Positions 1-9,672 of a stretch of DNA of 64,000 nucleotides are shown one piece after another. The stretch's first letter is position 1, and each line of letters opens with the position of its first letter. A program made the translations under genes and the position numbers. The notes under the pieces are model-generated. The model was not told the origin of the DNA. It made no database searches and saw nothing but the letters and a program-made list of their open reading frames with translations. The DNA comes from Planctomycetota bacterium (GTDB lineage Bacteria > Planctomycetota > Planctomycetia > Pirellulales > UBA1268): NCBI GenBank assembly GCA_018970605.1, contig JAGWWA010000004.1, positions 2,289-66,288 on the forward strand, in the 5' to 3' direction.

Positions 1-912
1 TGGGCCGGCATGCCGGCCGCCGACGGCACGCGCCTCGGGCAGGCCACGAGGCACGGCTACGTGGTGATCGCGCCGGCCTGGAGCGAGCCGCAGCAGACGA
101 GCTACGCCTGCTCGCCGCGCGAGCATCACGCCGTGCTCGCCTCGCTCCGCGAGGCCCTGCGACGATTCTCGATCGACAGCGATCGCGTGTATCTCTCCGG
201 CCATTCCCTCGGCGGCGAGGCCGCCTGGGACGTGGCCCTGTCGCATCCCGATCTCTGGGCGGGCCTCGTGATGGTGGGGCCGACGGCCGGCCGCTACGTG
301 AGCCACTACTGGCCCAACGCCAGGTCGCTGCCGATCTACGTCGTGGCCGGTGAACTCGACCGCGCCGTGGTGCAGCGGGATGCGACGGAACTCGACCGGT
401 ATTTCCTCCGTGGATTCGACGCGACCTACGTGGAATATCGCGGCCGCGGCCACGAGCACTTCTCCGACGAACTCCTGCGGCTGTTCGACTGGATGAGCCG
501 GAAGCGGCGGGATTTCTTCCCGAAGGAATTCGAGGCTGTGACGATGCGGCCCTGGGACCGGTTTTTCTGGTGGGCCGAGATCGAGGGGATGCCGCCGAAG
601 ACGGTCGTGCTGCCCGAGCACTGGCCGCCGACGAACGGCAGCCGCCCCCTGCGACTCGAGGCGAAGGCCGGAACGACCAACACGCTCTCGGTGCGGTGCG
701 GCGCCGACAGGGTCAAGGTGTGGTTGTCGCCCGAACTCATCAATTTCGGCGAACCGGTCAACGTGACAATCGACGGCCGCAAGCCACTCAATGGCCGGAT
801 CGCACCCGACATCCGGGTCATGCTGGAGGACATCCGTCTCCGGGCCGACCGCCAGCATCCGTTCTGGGCGGTCGTCGAATCCGCTCGCGGGCAGCCGAAG
901 CAAATGCCGTAA
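1..912 (+). CDS. alpha/beta-hydrolase (esterase/peptidase-like); 5' end probably off-window
   Basis: The frame is open from nt 1 (track ORF 10..912). It has a nucleophile elbow GHSLGG, followed by acidic and His residues (GRGHEHF) in the order of a Ser-Asp-His hydrolase. About 130 aa of C-terminal extension is unassigned. Confidence 0.75.
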   Translation, partial: WAGMPAADGTRLGQATRHGYVVIAPAWSEPQQTSYACSPREHHAVLASLREALRRFSIDSDRVYLSGHSLGGEAAWDVALSHPDLWAGLVMVGPTAGRYVSHYWPNARSLPIYVVAGELDRAVVQRDATELDRYFLRGFDATYVEYRGRGHEHFSDELLRLFDWMSRKRRDFFPKEFEAVTMRPWDRFFWWAEIEGMPPKTVVLPEHWPPTNGSRPLRLEAKAGTTNTLSVRCGADRVKVWLSPELINFGEPVNVTIDGRKPLNGRIAPDIRVMLEDIRLRADRQHPFWAVVESARGQPKQMP

Positions 913-927
913 GAGCGCACGCGAAGG

Positions 928-957
928 CCCCCATCGCTTACGCGATTGGGCTTCCTG
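928..957 (+). repeat. Family-A 30-nt interspersed repeat (CCCCCATCGCTTACGCGATTGGGCTTCCTG), copy 1
   Basis: Exact 30-mer, seen again at 1131..1160 and 62271..62300, and with one change at 9153..9182. It contains the hairpin ATCGC-TTAC-GCGAT, which reads as a GUAA loop on the minus strand. Confidence 0.9.
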
Positions 958-1130
958 AAGACATCACAGAGGCGAGCGAGGGGCTGCCCGTGCCCGAGAG
1001 CCGGGCTGTGGGAGCAAGCGAAGCCACGATGGCGGAGCGCAGCGGACACGCAGGGAGCCGAGGCCTGGAGGGCCGAGGGGAACGTCCGGCGACGGGCATG
1101 GGCAGACCCGAGCGGCGCACCACCCGAAAG

Positions 1131-1160
1131 CCCCCATCGCTTACGCGATTGGGCTTCCTG
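1131..1160 (+). repeat. Family-A 30-nt interspersed repeat, copy 2
   Basis: Identical 30-mer 203 nt downstream of copy 1, in the gap between the convergent genes ending at 912 and 1188. Confidence 0.9.
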
Positions 1161-1187
1161 CGCGCGAGCCCCAACGCGACGGGGGGC

Positions 1188-3221
1188 TCAGCGGTTCGCG
1201 GGCTCGGCGGGACGGCGGGCGACCTCCTGCTCCTGCTGCGGCGACCGCGGCAGGGCGAGGCCCACGATGTACCAGCCCTGCGACCGCGTCTCCATCGCCA
1301 GGCCGTTGGTGCCGAAGTACCGGCGAACCACGTCGAACTCCGGCAGCGTGCTGCCGTCGATCTTCTGCTCGCGAACGGTGCCCGGCTTGCCGTCACCGAG
1401 CGCGTCGTTGAGCATCTGGCCCAGCAGGCTCTGCGACTTGGGCATGGCGCCCTGGCGGAGCAGTTCGTACGTGGGCCGCACGCCCTCATCCTCGCGGCCG
1501 AAGCCGCGGGCGGCGGTGGCGGCCGAGACGAACTTGCCGAGTTCGGCCTGCACGGCGGCATAGTCGGGCGCGGCGGCGAGCGATGCCGCCGCGTCGTCGG
1601 CGGAGAGCATCCGCTCGAGGATGTCGCGATGCGACGCGATCAGCAGATGGCCCTTGGCGACGGTCACCGTCGAGTGCGGCAGCAGCCGCCCCTCCTTCTC
1701 ACGGAGCCGCTGCCGCCGGCGATGGGCTTCGTCGTTCGTGTCGTGGTCGGCGTGGGCCACGGCGCCGCCGGGCGTCTCGACCTCCAGTTTCGGGATCTCC
1801 ATCGAGTGGTCGATCAGCTCCCAGGCCGCGTGGCCGGCGATGTCGATCTTCCGCATGTCGCTGTCGGCGTCCATGACCTTGGCCACGGTCGCCGCCACCC
1901 GAGCCTCGTCGGCGGCCTCCATCGCGATCACGATCCGCTCGCAGTCGGTGCTGATCGGATCGACCCGGTCGGTGATCACGCTCACCCGCTTCCCGAGGCA
2001 GGCGACGAGGTCGTTCTCGACGTCGATCTGCGGGCCGTCCGGATCCTCCTTCAGCGAGGCGATGACGTCGTCGAACACGCCCTTGTCGCCGACGATGTCA
2101 TCGACGAGCGACTCGGCCGAGCCGAAAGCGGTCTTCACGTCCCACTGCATCGCGGCCCAGCCGGACGCGTCGCGTGGAACCCACGACGCGGGAGCCACAC
2201 CGGCGGCGTTCGGAAACCGCAGCATCCGGGCGGCGAGGTCGAAGCGTTCGGCGGATTCGGGATCGCGGCCCGGCAGCGGCGGCGCGTAGATCAGGCTGTG
2301 ATGCCGCATCGCGTGCGGCCCCTCGCTGAAGACGAGCACGCCACCGGCCCCCTTGATCGCATCGAAGCCCTGCCGGCCGAGGATGGCCACGTAGTCGGGG
2401 CCCTTCCGCTTCTCGCGGGGCGGGTTGGTCTTCTGATACGCCGCGGCGAACTTCAGCGGATCGACGAACCAGCGGATCGGGGCGGCGGTTGCGGGCACCT
2501 GACTGCCGCACTGCTCGACGATCGCCTTGTACGACTCGACGGTGGCGAGGCTGTCCTTGCGGCCCTGGGAGAGCACCGAGAAGGCCTGGCCCACCTGCAC
2601 GGCGTCGTCGCCGACGACGAGCACCTGCGGTGCCACCGCGAAGGCGACCCTCCGCTTTCGGCCGGCCGCATCCGACCGGACGTCGTTCGGATCAGGGGGC
2701 AGTTCGTAGACGGTCAGCTGCGGCGGGGCGCCGGGCACGGTCACCTTCGTCGCCTTCTGCTCGAGGAGCCGGCTGCCGATCCGGTCAACGACGGCCTTGG
2801 CGTCGTCCTCGTGTCCGGTGGTGTCAACGAGCAGCACGGTGGCCAACGTGCCCCCCTCGACCTCGATCGCCGCGGCGGCGAGCTCGCCCCCCGGCACCTT
2901 GCCGAGATCCTCGAGCGTGAGCCCGAGCTTGGCGAGCCGCTGCTTGCCGTTCTTGGAGATCTGCTCGCGGAGATGCTCCACGAAGGTCTTCATCGCGGGA
3001 TCGGCGATCAACTGGCCGTAGGGCGACTTCTTGAAGCGATCCTGCATGCCCCGGAAGTCGGAGATGCTGATCCAGGCGCGGGTGGTGGCGGGGAAGATGG
3101 TCTCGCTGTCGGGAAAGCTCGCCGCGGTCGCCACGATGGCCGCGGCCGACACGTGCAGGGCAACGGCAAGGGCCCGCAGGCGGAACGCACGGCGGCTGAT
3201 GGCGATGAGGGTTCCTGGCAC
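1188..3221 (-). CDS. hypothetical secreted protein (677 aa)
   Basis: Long ORF with a protein-like composition and an N-terminal signal/anchor (RRAFRLRALAVALHVSAAAIVATAAS). The 1071-aa ORF on the opposite strand is Arg/Gly/Pro-rich shadow. I recognise no family motif. Confidence 0.65.
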   Translation of the reverse strand: MPGTLIAISRRAFRLRALAVALHVSAAAIVATAASFPDSETIFPATTRAWISISDFRGMQDRFKKSPYGQLIADPAMKTFVEHLREQISKNGKQRLAKLGLTLEDLGKVPGGELAAAAIEVEGGTLATVLLVDTTGHEDDAKAVVDRIGSRLLEQKATKVTVPGAPPQLTVYELPPDPNDVRSDAAGRKRRVAFAVAPQVLVVGDDAVQVGQAFSVLSQGRKDSLATVESYKAIVEQCGSQVPATAAPIRWFVDPLKFAAAYQKTNPPREKRKGPDYVAILGRQGFDAIKGAGGVLVFSEGPHAMRHHSLIYAPPLPGRDPESAERFDLAARMLRFPNAAGVAPASWVPRDASGWAAMQWDVKTAFGSAESLVDDIVGDKGVFDDVIASLKEDPDGPQIDVENDLVACLGKRVSVITDRVDPISTDCERIVIAMEAADEARVAATVAKVMDADSDMRKIDIAGHAAWELIDHSMEIPKLEVETPGGAVAHADHDTNDEAHRRRQRLREKEGRLLPHSTVTVAKGHLLIASHRDILERMLSADDAAASLAAAPDYAAVQAELGKFVSAATAARGFGREDEGVRPTYELLRQGAMPKSQSLLGQMLNDALGDGKPGTVREQKIDGSTLPEFDVVRRYFGTNGLAMETRSQGWYIVGLALPRSPQQEQEVARRPAEPANR

Positions 3222-3450
3222 GAGACGACTCCTCGATGGGGCTTACGGCATCCGCACGATCGACACGATGCGTTGAATATCGTGCGATGTGCAGGGTTTT
3301 CTCGACTCGATCAACCGGCATGCTCCGCGGAGCCGCACGCGGCTCCAGCGGCCCGCGAAGCTGCGCAGACTGGCGGAGTGTTGCACGCCAGGCCGCGATG
3401 CGGCAACGCCAAACCTGGCGACGTACCGCCCTCCGCGGAGGCTGCGCGAC

Positions 3451-4400
3451 CTAGGCCATTCGGGCAAGGAGGGCGGCTGCAACGGCGTGGGCGGAGGCGA
3501 CGAGGGCGAGCGTGGTGTCTTCGCGCCACCGCCGGGCCGACGCGACCGAGGCCAGGGCCGAGGCCACGGCCGCCATCGCGGCCAGCGCGAGCACCGCCGC
3601 GAGCGGGTCGCGCCATCCCCACGGGCGATCGCGGGCCACGATCGCGGCGACCGCGGCGGGCCAGCCAAGGACCGCGGCATACGCGGCGAGCATCGGCAGT
3701 GCGCCGGCGGGCGTGCCGGGCAGGCGAGGTCGTCCCGGTGCCGCGGCCGAAAGGTCATGCCGCGACCGCTCGTCGCCGCCGATGAGCGTCGCGGCAGGCA
3801 CGGCCAGGAGCGTGAACCACGACGTGGCGACCACCGCGTACCAGGATGAGAACTCCGGCAGGAGGAAGTAGCAGACCGCCATGGCGACGAGGGTGGACGC
3901 CATCGCCGTCGCGTCAGCCCATGAGCGACCGACGAGCGGCATTGAGCCGGGTGCCCGGTGATCGTGGATCGTCGGGGACGCGACGAACGGCCCGCGATCC
4001 CCTGGGAGCCGTTTCACGCCTCCCGCTGCCGCGACGGCGAGCATCGCACCGCCGGCGACGGCGGCGGCGACGCGCGTCCGATCGACGGCATCGCCCCCGA
4101 CGAGCCGTGCACACCCCGCGCATGCCGCGGCGGCGGCCAACGGCCATGCGAGCCGCGCGAGCAGCCGCGGCGAGAGCAGCTCCGCGGTCGGCGGCGCCCG
4201 CAGAAGCGACCCCATCGCGGCGACCCCGAGCAGAACGCCTCCCCCGGCGGCCCACGGCCACGCCGCGGGGGCGAGCGCGACCACCGCGAGCGTGGCGGCT
4301 GCCACGACCCACGACGCGGACCGCCGGGCGTCGATCCGCACGAAGGCGAGCACGACCGAGGGCAGCCGGCGAAACGGGCTCGCCGCCAGCGTCACGGCGT

Positions 4401-4404
<4 letters not shown>
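3451..4404 (-). CDS. Ala-rich polytopic membrane protein, hypothetical
   Basis: Several hydrophobic segments separated by short charged loops. Its GTG start overlaps the argG stop (GTGA), which suggests translational coupling. No recognisable family. Confidence 0.5.
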
Positions 4405-5623
<1,219 letters not shown>

Positions 5624-5627
<4 letters not shown>

Positions 5628-7129
5628 ACCTCGTGGACCAAAGCCATATTGTGTCCGCCCGTCCCAAAACCGGAACCCGCCACCAGCAAAATCCGGTCGC
5701 CACGCTGCAACCGCCCCTCGCGGATGCCCCAGGCGGTGATCCGTTCGAGCAGCACGCCGATGTCGTGGGTGGCCTCCATGGGCAGCGGCGTCACGCCCCA
5801 GTAGAGGGCCATCTGCCGCAGCGAGGCCTGGTTGTCGGAGAGGCCGACGGTGGGCACGGCGCCCCGCCGCTTGGAGCGGGCGATCGCGGTGAGGCCCGAT
5901 CGGCTGGCGACGGCGAAGAGCTTGGCATCGAGTTCGCCTGCAATCCGGCTGGCGCCATCGACCACGGCCTGCGTGATGGGGTGCAGACCATCGACGAGAA
6001 ACTCGGGAGTGGGGAGAAACTCCTGCACCGGCACGCCGGCGGACCCCTTCTCGGCGAGGAACCGGCCCTCCATGTATCGCCAGCGGTCGGCGAGATACTG
6101 CTTCTCCGTCTCACGGGCGATCCGCCGCATCATCTCCACGACCAGCCGCGGGTGCTCGCCGATCGCGGTCTCGCCGGAGAGCATGCAGGCGTCGGCGCCG
6201 TCGAGGATCGCGTTGGCGACGTCCGTCGCCTCGGCCCGCGTCGGCCGCCGCGCGTGCTGCATGCTGTCGAGCATCTGCGTGGCCACGATCACCGGCTTCT
6301 GATACCGCTGGCAGGCGCGGATGATCCGCTTCTGCACCATTGGCACGCTGGCGACGTCGGTCTCCACGCCAAGGTCGCCACGGGCCACCATCACGGCGTC
6401 GGCTGCATCGACGATCGACTCAAGGTTGTCGATCGCCTCCCGCTTCTCGATCTTGGCCACGACGCGGGCCAGCGACCCGCGTGTCCGGAGCAGCTCCTTG
6501 AGCAGCTTCACTTCGACCGCGCTCCGCACGAACGACAGGCTGACGAAATCGACGCCGGCCGACGCCGCCCACTCCGCGTGCTGCCAGTCAGCGGCGCTCA
6601 TCGCGGCGACCGAGAGCTTCACGCCGGGAAGGTTCACGCCCTGGCGGCTGCGGATCGTGCCTCCTTGGACGACGCGGCAGACGGCGTGGGTCGCGTTCTT
6701 CTCCTCGACCACGAGGCTGATCGTGCCGTCTGCGATCATGACCGAGTCGCCAACGCCAAGTTCGTCGATCAGCGGCTCGTAGGTGGCGGTGAACTCCCCG
6801 GGCCCGTGGGCCTCGGTGCCCCGCACGAACCGGATCCGATCCCCCTCGGCCACATCGACGGAGCCGCCGGGCAGCTCACCGAGCCGGATCTTCGGCCCGG
6901 CGAGGTCGGCAAGCACGCCGATCGGTCGGGCAAGCGACTCCGATACGCGGCGAATCCGGTCGAGCGACTCCTGGTGCTCGGGGACCGATCCGTGGGCCAT
7001 GTTGAGCCGGAAGACGTCGACGCCGGCCTCGACGAGGCCGCGGATGGCATCTTCGGCCCGCGACGCGGGGCCGAGCGTGGCGACCACCTTGGTGCGAACA
7101 ATCTCGGGGGCCGGGCGAGGGCTTGGCAT
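5624..7129 (-). CDS. pyk: pyruvate kinase
   Basis: TKVVATLGPAS..GVDVFRLNMAHGS, MVARGDLGVE and the C-terminal regulatory domain. I prefer the second in-frame ATG (MPSPRP..., 7129) to the track start at 7186. The stop overlaps the argG start. Confidence 0.92.
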
Positions 7130-7257
7130 GAGGCTTCCTGGCGGGTGTGGGACGGATGGAGCCCAGAAGGCGCCACAGCGTAACAAAGCGGCTCCAAACG
7201 TGGGGTTGCTCGGGGCTGCCCATGCCCATCGCCCAGCCTCGGTCGAGCCCCTTCCCG

Positions 7258-7881
7258 TCAGCCTACCGGCGGTAGGAGCCGAGCCAGTTCGATGACCACT
7301 CGGGTACCGGCGTCATCGACAATGCCGGCACACGAAACCGCTTCGTCGGGCTCGCCGCTCTCATCCTCGACGTAGCCGCCGCCAGCCGGACGGCTGGCCC
7401 CACTACCGCCAACCGGCTTGCGAAATACCCGCGTCCGCCGGGTGGCCGCATCGATGACCCAGACCTCAGGGATATCATGCCGGGCGTACAGCGGCACTTT
7501 CGTGCCGAGGTCATAGGCGAGGCTTGTGTCCGCAACTTCGATGACGAGCAGCACGTCGGCTGGGCCTGGATGAGACGTGGTGTAGAAGTCGGCCCGGGGC
7601 CGCAGAATCGTGATGTCGGGCTGAGGCTCGCTGACCTCGTCGAGCCGCAACGGGTTTTGGCACCACACGACCGCCGTCGCCCCGAGCCTCTGACTGAAAT
7701 GCGATGCCAGCCGCGCGACGATCGCGGCATGCATGACCCCAATCGGCGACATGTCGATGATCTCCGCATCGATGAGTTCCACCCGATCTGCAGGCCCGAG
7801 AACGCCGGCTTCACTCATCCGATGAAACGCATCCACTGAAATACGATGACGGGACGGGGCGGGAGCGGGAATCGTGGCCAT
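7258..7881 (-). CDS. Uma2-family (DUF820) putative restriction-endonuclease-like protein
   Basis: Typical Uma2 layout: ...ELIDAEIIDMSPIG..H, PDITIL, LLVIEVADTSLAYDLGTKVPLYARHDIPEVWVID (PD-(D/E)xK-like core). Confidence 0.85.
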   Translation of the reverse strand: MATIPAPAPSRHRISVDAFHRMSEAGVLGPADRVELIDAEIIDMSPIGVMHAAIVARLASHFSQRLGATAVVWCQNPLRLDEVSEPQPDITILRPRADFYTTSHPGPADVLLVIEVADTSLAYDLGTKVPLYARHDIPEVWVIDAATRRTRVFRKPVGGSGASRPAGGGYVEDESGEPDEAVSCAGIVDDAGTRVVIELARLLPPVG

Positions 7882-8034
7882 GGCGACGAGAACCTCGACG
7901 AAAATGCTTCAAGAACCTTCTCGGAAGTATACAGAAGGACACTACGCAGTCAACGTGGCCACGGAGCGTTGCCCACAACGGGGGGCATGCGGGCGGCGGG
8001 CATGTCGAGGACCTTCCACGCTACCGCATCGACG

Positions 8035-9003
8035 CTACGTCCGGGCCGTCCAGCCGTACGGCACGTAGCGACTCTCCACCGTGCCGTCGTCGTGGAGATC
8101 GACCACGGCGTAGCCGAAGTCGGTACCACGGTGCTTGCCCTTCCACCAACTGGCCGAGACAGCGCCGTTGCAGAGGTAGCTCACGCCACCGAACTCGATC
8201 CGTTCCACGATGTGGAGGTGGCCGCTGAGGCAGGTCTTGACGTTGGGGTGCTTCGCGAAGAGTTCCTGGAACCGCTGATGATCGACGTGCACCATGCCGC
8301 CCGACACGCTGAAGGCCGGCTTGCCATCGGTGCCCGCTCCACCTGGCTTCGCCGTGGCCAGCGGGTTGACCGAGAGGATCGGGATGTGCGAGACGATCAC
8401 CACCGGCGTGGCCGCGGGCACCGCCTCGAGGTCTCTCTGAAGCCAGTCCCACTGGGCATCGTCGATCTTGCCGATGTACCCGTCCTCGTGCGGAAAGACG
8501 CTGTCGAGGAGGACGACGTGCCAGCCGCCGCGGTTGAAACTCTCGTAGGGAAGGGCCCGGCCGAACTGCTCGCAGGCCCACTTCTTCCCGTAGAGGTGTT
8601 CGTCGCCCATGGTTCCGGCTTTTGACTTTGTCCAACCCCAGACGTCGTGGTTACCCACGACGCTTTTCACCTCGAGGCCGCAGGCGTCGGCCTTCACCTT
8701 CTTCCAGAGGTCCCACTGCGTCTGCGTGCGGTCGCGGCCCGCCTCCATGCAGTCCATGATCGTGTCGCCGCCGGTCACGATCAGGTCGACGGCGGCCTCG
8801 CCGCGCTCAGGCAGCGACTGCACGTGGGCGAAGCAGGCGGCGAGGCCCTTGGCGCTTTCGAGTTCCGGCTGGACGTGGATGTCGGTGAGGTGGGCGATCC
8901 GCAAGGACCGCCGGGCAGACGGGCCAGACTCCGCCCGGGCCAGCGAGGGCAGCGTGGCAGCACCGGCGAGTCCGGCTTTCACAAGCGAGCGACGGGTGAG
9001 CAT
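8035..9003 (-). CDS. Tat-signal metallophosphoesterase (calcineurin-like)
   Basis: Start moved to ATG 9003 (MLTRRSLVKAGLAGAATLPSLARA, a twin-arginine leader). The track ORF continues upstream into the repeat region. Motifs: HLTDIH, TGGD, GNHD, SHIP, GHLH. Confidence 0.85.
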   Translation of the reverse strand: MLTRRSLVKAGLAGAATLPSLARAESGPSARRSLRIAHLTDIHVQPELESAKGLAACFAHVQSLPERGEAAVDLIVTGGDTIMDCMEAGRDRTQTQWDLWKKVKADACGLEVKSVVGNHDVWGWTKSKAGTMGDEHLYGKKWACEQFGRALPYESFNRGGWHVVLLDSVFPHEDGYIGKIDDAQWDWLQRDLEAVPAATPVVIVSHIPILSVNPLATAKPGGAGTDGKPAFSVSGGMVHVDHQRFQELFAKHPNVKTCLSGHLHIVERIEFGGVSYLCNGAVSASWWKGKHRGTDFGYAVVDLHDDGTVESRYVPYGWTART

Positions 9004-9055
9004 CGAAGTGTCTCCTGAAAGTTCGTGACGTGTCAAAAGCGGGGGCTGGCTCAGC

Positions 9056-9129
9056 CAGGAAGCGTAACCGCGTGAGCGGTACGGCTGCCCCTCCGCCCAG
9101 CAAGCGTAACGCCGTAAGGCGTACGGCTG
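9056..9129 (+). repeat. Two family-B repeat units (consensus CAGGAAGCGTAACGCCGTAAGGCGTACGGCTGCCC)
   Basis: Units at 9056..9090 and 9098..9129. The first carries ACCGC-GTGA-GCGGT where the consensus has ACGCC-GTAA-GGCGT: two compensatory pair swaps and a GNRA-to-GNRA loop change. Confidence 0.85.
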
Positions 9130-9152
9130 AAGCACGTCGGACGTCGCCGCTG

Positions 9153-9182
9153 CCCCCATCGCTCACGCGATTGGGCTTCCTG
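9153..9182 (+). repeat. Family-A repeat, copy 3 (one substitution: GCTCAC instead of GCTTAC)
   Basis: 29/30 identity to the 30-mer. The substitution changes the minus-strand loop from GUAA to GUGA. Confidence 0.85.
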
Positions 9183-9203
9183 ACCCGCACGTCGCAACCG
9201 CCT

Positions 9204-9238
9204 CAGGAAGCGTAACGCCGTAAGGCGTACGGCTGCCC
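9204..9238 (+). repeat. Family-B repeat unit
   Basis: CAGGAAGCGTAACGCCGTAAGGCGTACGGCTGCCC, the same unit as at 9098 and in the 62.3-kb array. Confidence 0.85.
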
Positions 9239-9256
9239 GTTTCCACGGCGGGCACG

Positions 9257-9517
9257 TCACCGCGGATGGCACGGCGGACGGCGCTCGTATTCCCCGAGTC
9301 GATCCTCCCAGGCGTCCCAAAAGGCCTGCGTCATGAGCGACACGACGTCCTCGCTCGGAGGGCCTCCCAGCCGGCGGCCCATGACGATGATGATCGCACC
9401 CCGCAGACCGAGTTTGGCAAACCGCGGATCGTGAACGACGAACTCCATCAGTTCGTTGACGGCGTCGATCGTGAACACCGCGTTCGCAGCGAGCGTGCCT
9501 GGTGATGATGTCGTCAT
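9257..9517 (-). CDS. small hypothetical protein (86 aa)
   Basis: Internal ATG at 9517 preceded by GAGGA (MTTSSPGTLAANAVFTIDAVNELMEFVVHDPRF...). Composition is protein-like and I recognise no family. The longer track ORF (to 9634) has an implausible N-terminus. Confidence 0.4.
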   Translation of the reverse strand: MTTSSPGTLAANAVFTIDAVNELMEFVVHDPRFAKLGLRGAIIIVMGRRLGGPPSEDVVSLMTQAFWDAWEDRLGEYERRPPCHPR

Positions 9518-9518
9518 C

Positions 9519-9547
9519 GGTGAATCCTCGTGAAGACTCGTGAAACC
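9519..9547 (+). promoter_or_regulatory. Direct-repeat element (TCGTGA hexamers at 10-nt spacing; minus strand reads TTCACGAGTC-TTCACGAGGA-TTCACC)
   Basis: Seen directly in the 155-nt divergent gap between the small ORF and the propeller-phosphoesterase gene. Related copies are at 9641..9658, 31897..31916 and 58971..58989. The function is inferred only. Confidence 0.25.
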
Positions 9548-9672
9548 TGCCTGCCCCGCCGCCGTCGGAGTTATTTGACCCCGGAACGATGAGGATTTGA
9601 TGTTGTTCCTGGAGCTTGCGCAGCGACCGGCCACGTCGTCCGTGAGAATCTCGTGAGCGACGGCGGCACGAC

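Noticed and set aside
3329-3346. GGAGCCGC-AC-GCGGCTCC inverted repeat as an intrinsic terminator of the pyk-argG-membrane operon
   Set aside because: The loop is only 2 nt if fully paired, and no U-tract follows on the minus strand. It is plausible but unsupported, so it is not listed as a feature.
570-3785. 1071-aa ORF on the + strand, and similar long ORFs at 3846..5804, 5633..7183, 12594..13817, 13267..15096, 17729..19348, 18973..20949, 30053..31753, 34493..36871, 38114..40018, 41979..43637, 56016..58787, 59912..61483 and 61233..62426
   Set aside because: All lie antisense to, or out of frame with, genes that carry clear family motifs. Their translations are Arg/Gly/Pro/Ala-rich low-complexity strings with no motifs. 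This is typical stop-codon-poor shadow ORFs in GC-rich DNA.
7258-7881. Uma2-family endonuclease-like gene as part of a defence or restriction-modification system
   Set aside because: It is solitary. No methyltransferase, toxin-antitoxin partner or other defence gene is adjacent. The flanking genes are pyk and a phosphoesterase.
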